64,000 bases of DNA from Podarcis bocagei (lineage: Eukaryota): assembly GCA_964188305.1 (NCBI GenBank), contig OZ076892.1; one strand, 5' to 3'. The notes under the pieces are model-generated. The model did no database searches. It saw nothing but the letters and a program-made list of their open reading frames with translations, and was not told the DNA's origin. Below, piece by piece: positions 1 through 11,680 of the stretch; positions within the stretch are counted from its first letter, which is position 1, and each line of letters begins with the position of its first letter. The position numbers were made by a program, and so were the translations under genes.

Positions 1-800
1 TTCACTATCAACAGTCTGGAAACCATGCCTTTTGAAGAATGATAAAAGTAGCTGAGTATATCTAGTCTGGAGAAGAGAAATGATATGAGAGCCATCTTCA
101 AATATTTGAAGGGCTGTCACATGGAAGATGGAGCAAATTTGTTTCTGCTGCTCTAGAGGGCAGGCCCTGAACCAATGGATTCCAATGACAAGAAAAGAGA
201 TTCTGACTAAACACTAGTAAGAACTTTCTGATGGTAAGAGCTATTCAACAGTGGACTCACTTGGAAGGCGGTGGACTTTCCTTAATTGGATGTTTTTAAA
301 CAAATTTTGGATCGCCATCTATCAGGGATTCTTGAGCTGTGATTCCTCTCTTAGGTAAAGGTAAGGTAAGGTAAGGTAAGGTAAAGGACCTCTGGGTGGT
401 TAAGTCCAGTCAAAGGTGACTATGGGGTGCAGCACTCATTTCACTTTTCAGGCCAAGGGAGCCAGCGTTTGTCCACAGACAGCTTTTCTGGCCAGCATGA
501 CTAAACTGCTTCTGGCACAATGGGACACTGTGCCAAATGCCAGAGTGCACGGAAATGCCATTTACCTTCCTGTCGCAGTGGTACCTATTTATCTATTTGC
601 ACTGGTATGCTTTTGAACTGCTAGGTTGGCAGAAGCTGGGACCAAGGAACAGGAGCTCACCCTGTCATGCAGATTTGAACTGGTGACCTTCCGATTGGCA
701 AGCCCAAGAATCTCATGGTTTAGACCACAGCGCCACCCATGTCCTGCCATACAGTGGCTTGGACTAGATGTCCCTTCCTATACAATTCTGTGATTCATGA
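1..800 (+). mobile_element. CR1 LINE 3' fragment (family A), interrupted by a Sauria SINE at 352-744
   Basis: Degenerate ORF2 C-terminus (SLEKR..DMRAIFKYLKGCHMEDG) followed by the CR1 3'UTR ending ...GGACTAGATG...TACAATTCTGTGATTC. Same family recurs many times in the window. Confidence 0.85.
352..744 (-). mobile_element. Sauria SINE (older, diverged copy) with expanded (ACCTT)n tail
   Basis: Reverse complement of GGGAC..GGTGGCGCTGTGG head, the GGTACCTATTTATCTA core, and a GTAAG/GTAAAG repeat tail at 354-386. Confidence 0.9.
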
Positions 801-1007
801 TTGCCCCTAGGATGCCCTGGCATGAAATGTTGGTGACCAGATACAAAAGAAGACAGGGCTCATGACATTAAATAGTTTAAAATAGGAACTGCAAGATCTT
901 GGTGCAAGATTGTATGTTCAAGCAGGCTAACAGCAGTTCACAGTCCTCTTACAACCAGCAAAACCTGTCTTCTTCCTTCTTGATTTCCTCCCTCCTTCTC
1001 TCCCTCC

Positions 1008-1010
<3 letters not shown>

Positions 1011-1047
<37 letters not shown>
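1011..1047. repeat. (CA)n microsatellite
   Basis: Perfect CA run. Confidence 0.98.
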
Positions 1048-1049
<2 letters not shown>

Positions 1050-1732
1050 CCAAGTCTACCAGTTTTCTGCTTCTGGCTCTGAAATTGATTCAGTTGTCAT
1101 GCCTTGGGGGCAGCCTGTAATCCCAGTGACTCACCCACTTGCTCTAGAAAAAGAGAGAGAATAATGGCACCTGCTTGACTTCCATTCATGGTTCAGAAGA
1201 CTAATTTGCGGATGTGACCCATAGGCAAAGATTGCCACACAACTCCCTTTGTTGAGTGAACAGTATTCTGCAATGTGTTGGGGTTTCTCTTTCTGGATTT
1301 CCTTAGCAGAATTCTCTCTACTTTGAGAAAGTCGTGGACTGGAAAATTGACTCTGGGCAGTGGACCTAGTAGGATTTTGCAAAGACTAAGGCAGTCTTTG
1401 CCCTTGGTCCCCGGGTGCCAGGATGGCATGGCAATGGCAAGATCTGCCAGAGGAGGAAGAACCAGAGGTTTGGGCATGGGGAAAGCTCAAGTGCTGACTT
1501 GGGAGAGACTTCTGCCATATTTTTTGCCAGATGACACCACTGGTTTCAGTTTTGTTCTACTTTTCACAATTTGCATGATTTTTGTTGCACATACTCTTGA
1601 CAAGGGAGTCTTGGTCTCATGTCTCATTTTCTAGGGTTAGCCCATTCTTTCAAAACATTTATAGGCTGCCCTTTGGATTTAGCTCCAATGTCAACCATAC
1701 TTGTTCAATATATTTCTTTAAAGAAATAGAAT

Positions 1733-1890
1733 AATAGAATTATAGAGTTGAAAAGGACCCCAAGGCTCATCCAGTCCAACCCTCTGCAAAGTAGGAATCA
1801 GAACTAGAGAAACCTGGACAGATGGTTGTCCAACCTCTGTTTAAAAACCTCTGTTGAAGGAGAGTCCACTACCTCCTGTGGTAGTCCTTT
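1733..1890 (-). mobile_element. CR1 family A 3' end
   Basis: ATAGAATTATAGAGTTGAAAAGGACCCCAAGGCTCATCCAGTCCAACCC is the reverse complement of the CR1 3' terminus. Confidence 0.8.
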
Positions 1891-1904
1891 CCAAAATTGG
1901 TGGA

Positions 1905-2055
1905 AACCACAGGAGGTGATAGTGCTATCATGCTTGGGTCTTGACTGAGAGTTTCCCAGAAGAGGCACCTAGCTGACCACTGTGAGGACAGGATACTGGA
2001 CAAGATGGGCCATTGCCTTGATCCAGTAGGCTCGTCTTTTATTCTTATGTTCTTA
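1905..2055 (+). mobile_element. CR1 family B 3'UTR fragment ((CTTATGTT)n-type tail)
   Basis: CCACTGTGAGGACAGGATACTGGACAAGATGGGCCATTGCCTTGATCCAG...TTCTTATGTTCTTA, shared with many copies in the window. Confidence 0.75.
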
Positions 2056-2184
2056 ATATTTGCAATATTGCTGCTTTCACCTCATCATTTTTCTTCTAGC
2101 CAAAATGTGGGAGCAGGTAAAATACAGGAGAATTGATCTGTCTCGCCTACTGTCGAGTTTCTGTCCTAGGGAAAGCAAGCTGCC

Positions 2185-2367
2185 ATGAACATAAGAACAT
2201 AAGGAGAGCTTGCTGGTTCAGGCCAATTGCCCATATACTCCAGCTTCTTGTTCTTACAGTGACCAACCAAATGCCTCTATGGAAAATTCACAAACAGGAC
2301 CTGAGCACAAGAGCTCTCCATCCTCCTGTGGTTCCCAGTGACTGGTATTGAGAAGCATTGCTGCCTC
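2185..2367 (-). mobile_element. CR1 family B 3'UTR fragment
   Basis: Starts AACATAAGAACATAAGGAGAGC (reverse-complement tail); inverted relative to the 1905-2055 copy. Confidence 0.75.
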
Positions 2368-4019
2368 GTGGGTCAAATTGCTTTCGGTATTCACCCCCCC
2401 CACAAACCTTAAATGCTGATTTGTTTGCTTTTGGTACAGAGAGATAGAGCTTGATGGCTGGGTAGAAAAATAGGGCTGGCTTCTGAATTGATTAGACAGA
2501 CAATAAACATGTGAGAGAAGGCCGGGGACTTCTCAGGCAGGGCAGAGCAACCTGTCAGAGAATGCTGGTTCATTTTTCATCGTCTGGCTCCAGGGAAATG
2601 GCACGTTCCTCAAGCAAGCCATATCTATCAGCGTCAGCCTTGAGAATGCGAAAGCACTAAATCTCACCACATTCCCCCTCCTTTTTTTTTGTTCATCAAG
2701 AAGTAAGCGGAGGGGGAATAAAGACCTGCCTAATTAATACTGCAGTATTCAGCATTGGACAAGACATTTCAAAGGAGGAAAGGAAAGCATTTTCCAAATT
2801 GTAGAAATAAATATTGGGGGGAGGGATGCTGATGCATCTCTCAGGAGAATTAAAAAGGGATTTAGGGCCGTGGTTTACAAACTGTGTATCATTTAGCTCA
2901 GGCAGGCCTCAGGCTCATGGGATCTGCTCACACACACCCCTTCGAGATCATGGACATCCACTAACCAAAGCTGAGTGCAAAATCATGGCAGGGGTAGAGC
3001 CAGTCACAAAATGGTGGCCCACAGAGTCCATTGCATACCACATTGGTTGTGATCACTTGCAATGACAGATCTGCATTAGAATGACAGCATTCAAAAGCAA
3101 ACAAAATTCAGAAAAATGCAATTTTATGAAACAGTATGTTGTGCCGGGCATTCTTAACAAGGGATGGGGGAGAAATTTGATTCAGCTTGCATTTAAATGC
3201 AAACCTACTCAGTTCCTGCTTTATGAAACATATGCCAACCAAAACCCAGCCATCCTTTGGAATTCACACTTCTTTGAATATGTGTACAAAATGTGTATAA
3301 TTGGGATATAGTGTCTCTAACATGCACATCGTAGAGAAAATAACATAGAAATGTGCATTATGTTTGGCCAAATAGCTTTGCAAAAATGTGCATATTTTGC
3401 AAAAATTGCACAATAACATGCACTCATAATCACAAAGTCCCATTTTTTCAGCATGGATTGGGCAAATAAGTTTGCATTGGAATGTAGTTTTGTTGTTGCT
3501 GCTGCTGCTGTTAAAGACTCTGAAGTCTGAGACATTTGCTGATCTATTGTAGTTCACCTAGAGATCCACCGGTAGCTCCTGATCTACTTTCCACTCAGCT
3601 CTGCTTTCAGGAACCCATTATCTTTGCTTGCCAAGTGAATAGATCCCTGCCATGTTTTCAGGGTGCACTCTCAGTGACTCTATCACCTGCAATTTATTTG
3701 CTTGCTCCCCCTCTACAAAAATAAAAAAGCAGCCCGGAGAACATCAAGACATCACAAAATCTACCCCTGCAATAAGAATTTCATGATAACAGCAATCATA
3801 TAACAGCAAGCGATAGCAAGTGCAAAATCGATAGAAAAATAAATCTGTACCAGTAATAGCACGCAACAAGCAACCCATAAAGCATATCAATAATGTTACA
3901 CATACCACAGATACTGAGTTGTAAGAGATTTCTGGAATGCCAGTGCATACCTTGGATTTGAAGGTCAATGGAGACTATGAGCATGAGAACAGTGGACTTA
4001 GCATCATCACTCACAGAAG

Positions 4020-5000
4020 CACAGACTAGTCCAACCTCCTGCAATGCAGGAATCACAACCAAAGAATCCCTGACAGATAGCCATCCAACATCTGTTTAAA
4101 AGCCTCCAATGAAGGAGAGGCCACCAAATTCCAACAGAGTCCATTCCATTGCGTGGCAAGTCCCCTCCCCCATGTGAAATGAAGACACTGGACACATTAT
4201 TTAAGGTTAATGGGCATAAAAGGCCACAACTTTATTGATTACAGAATTGAAAGGTATTGGCTTTAGGCATTGGCTCCTATCGACTACCCGGCATGGGGAC
4301 CAGGAAGGGTTGTCCACAAGCCGTGGGAGTCCTGTTGAAGTACGCCAACTAGGATCCCACGGGTGTCACCGCTCGGGGGCGTGCTGGAGGCCCTTACCTC
4401 CCTAGGTTTCTGACAAGGCAACGCCCCCTGGAGTCCTCTACCGGACTACCCCTTTCATTGGGGGGAAGGTGATGGCGCTTCCTTCCCCCCCATTCATTTG
4501 CATAACAATTAACCCCTGCCAATGCCTAACCGCCAATACTGCGGAAGTTGTGACATTTGCTATGAGGTAGGCGAAAAAACCAAAAGGCTCAAAATGCGCC
4601 AAGTTGGAAAAATTCCTACCAGGCCCCTTGCAGTGACCAACCGAAGTCCATAGCAAGGTCATAGCTAGCCTAACCTCAGGGAGCCTAACCTCAGGGTGGG
4701 TGGGATGGGAAAACCTCACGGCTGGAAAGGGGAAAAGAGGGCAGTCCCCGGGCGTGCCTGGCCTTAAATAGGCTAGGCCCCACCTCCCCGACCCGCTGAT
4801 TGGCGGGCCGGGTCGGAGACACGCCCGGGGATTCCCTGTTCACGCGGGGGCAAAGGCCAACAGCTCCTACCATCAGAAAGTTCTTCCTAATGTTTAGTCG
4901 GACTTTCCTTTTTTGCACTTTGAATCCATTGGTTTGGGTCCTGCCCTTTGGAGCAGCAGAAAACAAGCTTGCTCCATCTTCCAGGTCACATCTGGGAAGA
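4020..5000 (-). mobile_element. CR1 family A 3' fragment split by a ~700-bp insertion
   Basis: Left part CTAGTCCAACCTCCTGCAATGCAGGAATCAC...CCATTCCATTG rejoins the right part AACAGCTCCTACCATCAGAAAGTTC. ORF 4691..5035 reads EDGASLFSAAPKGRTQTNGFKVQKRKVRLNIRKNFL (CR1 ORF2 C-terminus). Confidence 0.85.
4152..4856 (-). mobile_element. Young non-coding LTR-like / solo terminal-repeat insertion, possibly from a tyrosine-recombinase (DIRS/Ngaro-type) retrotransposon
   Basis: CpG-rich insert interrupting a CR1. Minus strand has CCAAT (4799-4803), TATTTAA (4764-4770) and AATAAA (4231-4236). No 4-6 bp TSD is visible. Family assignment is inference. Confidence 0.6.
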
Positions 5001-6271
5001 CTATTGTAGGGTAGGAGGAGAAGGAGGGGCTGCATTGCAACATTTGTTTGATTGGGTTATGGGCAGGCACCAGACAGGGTGGTGGGTGAAGCAGCTGTGA
5101 GGTGTTGTTGAATGGAATGCAGTGCCAAGCTAGATTGTTGTCCTTGGATGGAGTGGAGGGAGCTGTCCAGAGACTGGTGCTGAAGTCAGATTCAACTGCC
5201 ACACAGAATGGAGGAAAGGTCTTGTCTTGGCAAAGGCAGAAAAATGCCTTGGACCATGGCTGGGTTCCAACAGGCTAGCTAGATACTTCTGGGCAGCTTA
5301 CAGTGGGTCATGAAGGAAGCAGTCCTCCCCCTTTTTTGATTCCCAGTACCTGGCAATCAGATGCATCCTGCTCTTGTACATGGAAGCTCTACCCCTATCA
5401 CTGTTAGTAAGAACACAAGAAGAGCCCTGCTGGATCTGACCAATAGATGAGAAGCCCAGCATCTTGTTGATCACATTGGCCTATCAGAAGCCATTGGGAA
5501 GCCCATAATCACAGCCTTGAGGGAATATCCCTCTCCCATATTCAGAGCAAGGCTGCTTCTGAACACATGATGGGTGTACAGCATATCTCTCTATTAACCA
5601 CACACGTTTGAGGAGAGAGGAAATGGCTTTCCGAAGCAAACCTGAGGTTTCCACTCCAGCTTGAAATAATGCACTGTGGCAATGGATTAATTTTGGCGTC
5701 CAAGGTGAGGGCTGGAACTCTGCGGCTGTCAAAGCTGCTGTTGGTCAGTAATCTGTAATTAACACCCCTGTCACTTGGGAAAGAAAATGCCTCGGAGTTA
5801 GGTCAGCCAGATCAATATAGCAATGAACTTGAGTGGCGAGGCTGCTTAAGGAACCTGATTCAAGAGAGAGAGAGAGAGAGAGAGCAAGCCTCAGAGGGCC
5901 ACTGAGATCATGCTTGACTACAGGCCAATTGAAATGCTCCCTTGATGAGGTGGTTGGCACTCTCCTGTGGTTGGCTCCTACACTGCATTGGTAACAGCTG
6001 GAGTCGTGGAGAATGTGGGCAGGAAGATGCCACAAAAGAAGTGTCAGAGCACAGGGCAGAACCCAGCTCCATTCCTCCTGCTCATCAGTAGGCATTATGA
6101 ACTAGCAAATGTAGAACAATAGCAATAATAAAGGGCAGCTCTCTTCCCCCAAAGAGCTTACAATCAAACTTTTGGAAGGGGGTATTAAATCACCACCACC
6201 ACCACCATTTTGTTATAATTAGCTTTTGCATCCCATCGTCCACCACAAAGTCACAGGATGGGTTATGCAAA

Positions 6272-6610
6272 GGCCACATTCACTCCGTACATTTAAAGCA
6301 CCATGCTGCAACTTTAAATAGTCATGGCTTGCTTCAAATAATTCTGGGAGCTGTAGTTTGTTAAGGGTGCTCAGAGTTGTTAGGAGGCCCCATCAAAGAA
6401 CTATAATTCTCAGATTTTCCTGGGAAGGAAGGCTTAACTGTTGAACCACTGGGAATTGTAGTTCTGGGAGGGGACTAGCGGAACTCCTAGCAACTCTCAG
6501 TGCACTTTTTTTTTTTAAAAAAAACTACAGTTCCCAGGATTCTTTGGGGGAAGTCATGTCTTTTTACAGTGGAGTGATATTGCTTTAAAAGTGTGACTCT
6601 GATGAGGCCT
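6272..6610. mobile_element. Palindromic non-autonomous DNA transposon (MITE)
   Basis: Ends GGCCACATTC / GATGAGGCC; long internal inverted arms (CTGGGAGCTGTAGTTTG vs AAACTACAGTTCCCAG). Related copies at ~9155-9482 and ~59810-59915. Confidence 0.65.
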
Positions 6611-8269
6611 GCGTCACTGAACACTGATAACTGACCCAGAAGGGAAGGTGGTCATTGGGTTGAAAGAGGTCTCCCCACACTGTGATGAGCCCACTTGTTG
6701 GTTATACATTCATTTCTTGCCTTATAATTCACAGTTCCAAAAGAGCTGGGCCACACACAGAGACTCACTACCCTTTGTATAGTTGGGAGGGACCCAAAGC
6801 TCATCTAGTTCAACCCCTGCTCAGTAGAACCAACCTTTGCAGCTGGAGTTGGTCAGGTCCCTGCCCTCTCAATCAAGATGGGAGTGGGGCCAGAGAAGGC
6901 CAGATCCAGAGCAGCTCACAGGTAGGTGGTCTCTCTCCTCGTCTTGTGAAACTGATCTAAGGAAAGTGACTTTCACCCATGGACAAGCAGGCTTCCGCTG
7001 GCCATCCCCAAGCAAAAGAGTGAGCCAATGCCAGTTTGCAGACCCAAGCTTAATTGCAGACTCTTGCCAAGAAAAGTTCATGCTGCCAGCTGAATTTGGT
7101 GTTTCGAGACAAAACAGAAACTCCTTACAGAGATGGCAAAACAAGACCAGCCACTCCCAAATCCTTGAAATGCAAAAGAGATGTATCAGGATTTTGAGGC
7201 AAAAGCCACAGTTGGTGTGAACTGTCTACAAGGTTGGTATCAGGAATGAAAGAACCTTCTCAAATTGCAGGGGTTTTCAGGGATTTAGATAGGGGACTTT
7301 CCAAGCCCAATATCTGAATCTGGGACCTTCAGCATGCAAAACAGATGTTTTACACCTGGTCTGCAACACTTCCCTTACACTGCATGGGCCTGATATAGGT
7401 GGTTCATGCTATTTCCCCCCTGCATCTTTTATTTCACCTAAAATTTGGTGTACTTTGCCCACATTTGGGGCTATTTCAGTTCTAATCTATGTCTTCCTCC
7501 CCTCTAAAAAAAAGCACTGAACTTTTACAGCTCTCACAGTTGGGCTTTGCAGTCCACAATGTGTGATTATCTGCATGTTCTGAAAGTCCTCCAAGGTCCT
7601 ACTTTTTTAATGCTTTGCCATCAGTCTCTTGTTTTGTGATGATTAGAAGCCATGTTTGTTTGTTTGTTTGTTTTTATAAAATATAAAACCTCTTTAGATT
7701 TCCTCTTTTCCTCTTTAAAAGCTAAGTGATTATGTAAGACTGGTAAGGCAGCTAAGGGTGAGTGAGTAGCTTTCTGCAGCCTCTTTCTGAAAGTGACTCT
7801 TTTGTCTGGGACTTCCCCCATTGCACTTGAGGCCTCCAAGGCAGATGATTCAAGGGCAGGGAGATCAGAAATGGAGAGCTGTCTACTTAGACGCCTCCAG
7901 GAGCTCTTGTGAGGACATAGATGCAAAATTCTGCCTGACTTTTGATGCACTGGGTGTCACGGCCTTGTTAAAATGGCATTGTTTTAACATCTCCAGTAAA
8001 ATTAAGCAGGCAAATATGCAGATTTCCAGGTGTAGCGTCACTGAGACAAAGGGATGTATGAGTTCAGAGTTGTAGGAACAAGAGTGGGGAGCTTAAGCAA
8101 TTCTCCCCATCTGAAATGTTCTCAAGGTTTGTGTACAAAGGAGAATTTTGATGATAATTTTTGGGGGGTTGTTCTTTAGGCTCTAGTTATACATTTCTGA
8201 AACATACAGGGTGGGATGCAAATAAGTTCTTGTGTGCATGGAGCTCATGGTGGCGCATGTGCTTCTCTA

Positions 8270-8425
8270 CCCCCATTTTATCCTCCCAGCAACCCAGTGA
8301 GGTAGGTTAGGCTGCGAGGCAGTGACTGGTCACCCAAAGGGCTTTATGGCCAAGTTGGAGGATTTGAACCCTGGTCTCACAGGTGCTAGTAGTCCAGCAC
8401 TCTAACCACTACACCACACTGGCTC
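8270..8425 (-). mobile_element. MIR/CORE-like tRNA-derived SINE
   Basis: GTGAGGTAGG..GTGACTGG..GGATTTGAACCCTGGTCTC..CTCTAACCACTACACCACACTGGCT, with the reverse-complement B box and A box. Confidence 0.75.
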
Positions 8426-9154
8426 CATCGGGCAAGCAGAAATACTCACACTGATGGAACAATCACCTTAATGTGCCTTTGATGTCCACTAAGTCCTACT
8501 CAGATTAAACCCATTGAGATTTATGGACCTAAGTTAGTTGTGCCCACTAATTTCAGTGGGTCTGCTCTAAGTAGGACTAACATTGGATACAACACTTTGT
8601 TTATAATTTTTATTGATTGTTTAAAGGCATTTCATTTACTGTCATAATTAAGATAATTGCTAACAAAAAAATCACATGAGAGCTGCAACTAAATAGCATT
8701 ATGAAGGCAGTGGACTCTCTTTCATTCCAGGTTTTTAAAGAGAGGTTTGATGGCGATCGGTCAAGGATTCTTTAGCTGTGATTCCAGCATTGCAGGGAGG
8801 TTGGGCTTAGATGGCCCTTGAGGTCCCTTTCAACTCTACAATTCTATGGGTCTATACAATAACAGGAATCCTGTAATAACAAGGAGTAATCTAATAGGTC
8901 AGGGAAAGCCCAGGCAAAAAGAGATGTCTTTGCAAGACCTCTGAAACAAGTGATGCTTCAGCAACAACAGAAAATGCTCATTTTAGGGTCACTGCCCAGT
9001 GATCTTCCATAGAGTGTTGTGCCAAGAGTAAAATCTCACTGCATGATCTGATTTTATGACTTAATCCACCACAGATGCCTGGATACAGAAATAAAAGGCC
9101 TATGACTTGATAGAGATGAAATAATTTAGATAGGCCTTAAAAAAAATAAAGGGG

Positions 9155-9482
9155 GGCAATGATAACTACATTTAAAGCAGTATATCCTACAATTTTAAAC
9201 AGTCAAGAATCATGGAACCTGCATTTTATTAAGCGTGCCAAGGGTTGCTAAAAGAGACCCTTTGTTTCTCCTCACAGATCTACAATTCCCAGAGTTCCCA
9301 GGGAAAAGGGATTGATTGCTAAACCACTCTGGGAACTGTAGTTCTGTGAGGGGACTAGGTGGTTCTCCTAACAACAATTGGCACCCTTAACAAAGCACAG
9401 GTTTCATGATTCTTTGGAAGCAGCCATGGCTGTTTAAAAATGGTAGTATACTGCTTTAAATGTATGGTGCGGATGGGACCTT
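9155..9482. mobile_element. Palindromic MITE, same family as 6272-6610
   Basis: TACATTTAAAGCAGTAT...ATACTGCTTTAAATGTA inverted arms; shared core CTACAATTCCCAGAG..CTCTGGGAACTGTAG. Confidence 0.65.
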
Positions 9483-9499
9483 AGACAGTTAACTTTTTG

Positions 9500-9742
9500 A
9501 GAAGAGTTTGGATTTGATAGTCCGATTTAACACTACCTGAAGGAGTCTCAAAGCGGCTAACATTCTCCTTTCCCTTCCTACCCCATAACAAACACTCTGT
9601 GAGGTGAGTGGGGCTGAGAGACTTCAGAGAAGTGTGACTGGCCCAAAGTCACCCAGCAGCTGCATGTGGAAGAGCGGGGAATCGAACCCAGTTCCCCAGA
9701 TTACGAGTCTATCGCTCTTAACCACTACACCACACTGGCTCT
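9500..9742 (-). mobile_element. MIR/CORE-like tRNA-derived SINE, near full length
   Basis: GGGAATCGAACCCAG (reverse-complement B box), CTTAACCACTACACCACACTGGCTCT head and GTGACTGGCCCAAAGTCACCCAGC core. Confidence 0.8.
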
Positions 9743-10589
9743 CTGACTGCAGAGGCCCCTGTTTCTGGGCAAGTCACCCATGCCACTCAAACCCTTACAA
9801 GGTATCCCTAAAAGGCAACTGTTATGGACAGCATGGGGACAGTGATTTGCCATGGGCAGTCCTTGGGAAATAAACACGTCCTCGTAAATCGGGACAGCAA
9901 GAGTGCATGCCAGAGGGATTCGGAAATATATTACTGCGCCAAACCACACAGCAAGGGGAGGGTCTGCCACTCTCCCTCTCATGTAACTGCTGCCAGTTTG
10001 GCATGTGTTGTGTACACCAGGGATGGAGGGGGGGGGGAGGAGCAGAGCTAATTCAATCCAGGAGGCAGGTGCAGATTTCTGCGGACACAAAAGCCCTTTG
10101 TTTAAGCCAAAGTCTCAACGATGGGAGAAGGGGGAGGTTGCCATCAGTGTGATGAAAAACCTGGTCCACACTGCAATAAATGCTCACAGTGTTTAGGTGG
10201 ATGTTTCCAGATGCTGGTCTTGTTTCTAAGCCCAGGTGGTGGGAGAAACTGTGGCAAACCTAGGTGCCCTGTGCTACATCCCACAGTGTCAAACATGGAA
10301 ACAGAGACATGCTTCTGACATGCCATACCAAGGAATCAGTGAATGAGTTTTATTCCTTGCTTTTTGCATGATGCATTCTTTTCTATGGCTATATCCTTCC
10401 ATTTCTGGGTTAAAAGCCAGGAAGGTGTTTTATCCTTTGGATCAAAAAAATATAGTTGGAAAATGTTGTTTAGCAGCACAAATCCCTAAAACCTCTACTC
10501 ACAAGTGATTCCTACTGAATTCAAATTTCTCCTGCAGCTTGGGGGAACCATTATTAATGAAGAAAAGAATTGCATTTGAAAAATTACGA

Positions 10590-11090
10590 AAGGAAAGCAG
10601 GGTTTGAGCACAAGGGGCCCCCTTTGCTCCTGCAGATTCCAGCAACTGGCATTCAGAAGCATTGCTGCCTCTGAGGATGGAGGCAGAGTATAGCCATCAT
10701 GGCATGTAGGCACTGATAGCCTTGTTCTCCTCCATGAATTTGCTGCATTTTCTTTTAAAGCCACCCAGGTTGCTTGGCCAACACTGCCTCCTGTGGGAGC
10801 GAGTTCCATAGCTTAAGACCTGTGTGAAGGAGTGCTTTCCTTTACAGTGGTACCTCAGGTTACATACGCTTCAGGTTACAGACGCTTCAGGTTACAGACT
10901 CCGCTAACCCAGAAATAGTACCTCGGGTTAAGAACATTGCTTCAGGATGAGAACAGAAATCACTTGGTGGCAGCAGCGGGAGGCCCCATTAGCTAAAGTG
11001 GTGCTTCAGGTTAAGAATGGACCTCTGGAACGAATTAAGTACATAACCACAGGTACCACTGTATCTGTCTTGAATCTTCCAATGTTGCAG
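10590..11090 (-). mobile_element. CR1 family B fragment interrupted by a Tigger-like MITE
   Basis: CCAGCAACTGGCATTCAGAAGCATTGCTGCCTC...CTCCTCCATGAATTTG...GAGTTCCATAGCTTAA, resuming TCTGTCTTGAATCTTCCAA after 11063. Confidence 0.75.
10845..11061 (-). mobile_element. TcMar (Tigger/pogo-like) MITE
   Basis: TIRs CAGTGGTACCT / AGGTACCACTG with TA on both sides; opposite orientation to the 11681 copy. Confidence 0.9.
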
Positions 11091-11680
11091 AGGCAATTGG
11101 ATGAACAAAAATTACGTATTGATTAAAAGAACAGCTGCCCTGGCAGTATTAGCACCTCTCTCTCAGATTGCACCGAACTAACCTCCCAGGCACCAGCCAC
11201 GTGGCCAATATCCTCTGGCTAGAGGTCCTCTGTGAGTTTGTCTTAAAGCAACAGCCACATCGACAACAGGTCTTCTGAATATCAGTTGCCAGAAGCCACA
11301 AGAGGGCGAGGGACTCTTGTCCTTGAATCCTGCTTGCTTGTTTCCTATGGGCATCTGGGTGGCTACTGTGAGAAGAGAAAGCTGAACCAGATGAGCCAAC
11401 TGGGATGATCCAGCTGGCTATTCTGATCCAGGAATCACAGCTAAATTAAGGGACCCTTGTTAAGAATATTTGGCTGTGATTCCTGCATTGCAGAGGTTAG
11501 ATTAATGACCCTTTGGGTCTTTTACAACTCTACGCTTTAAAAAAAAATAATTATATTCTGTATTCAAAAATTTAAAAAATTACAAAATTACAAGTGCACG
11601 GAGTATGATAAGACACAAGAAAGAAGAAGAAACAAGAAGTAGTACCCATGTAGAAAACAAAACAGAACAACAAAAAGATA

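Noticed and set aside
4152-4856. Retrozyme or hammerhead within the structured insert
   Set aside because: No CUGANGA box found on either strand; other ribozyme classes cannot be excluded by eye.
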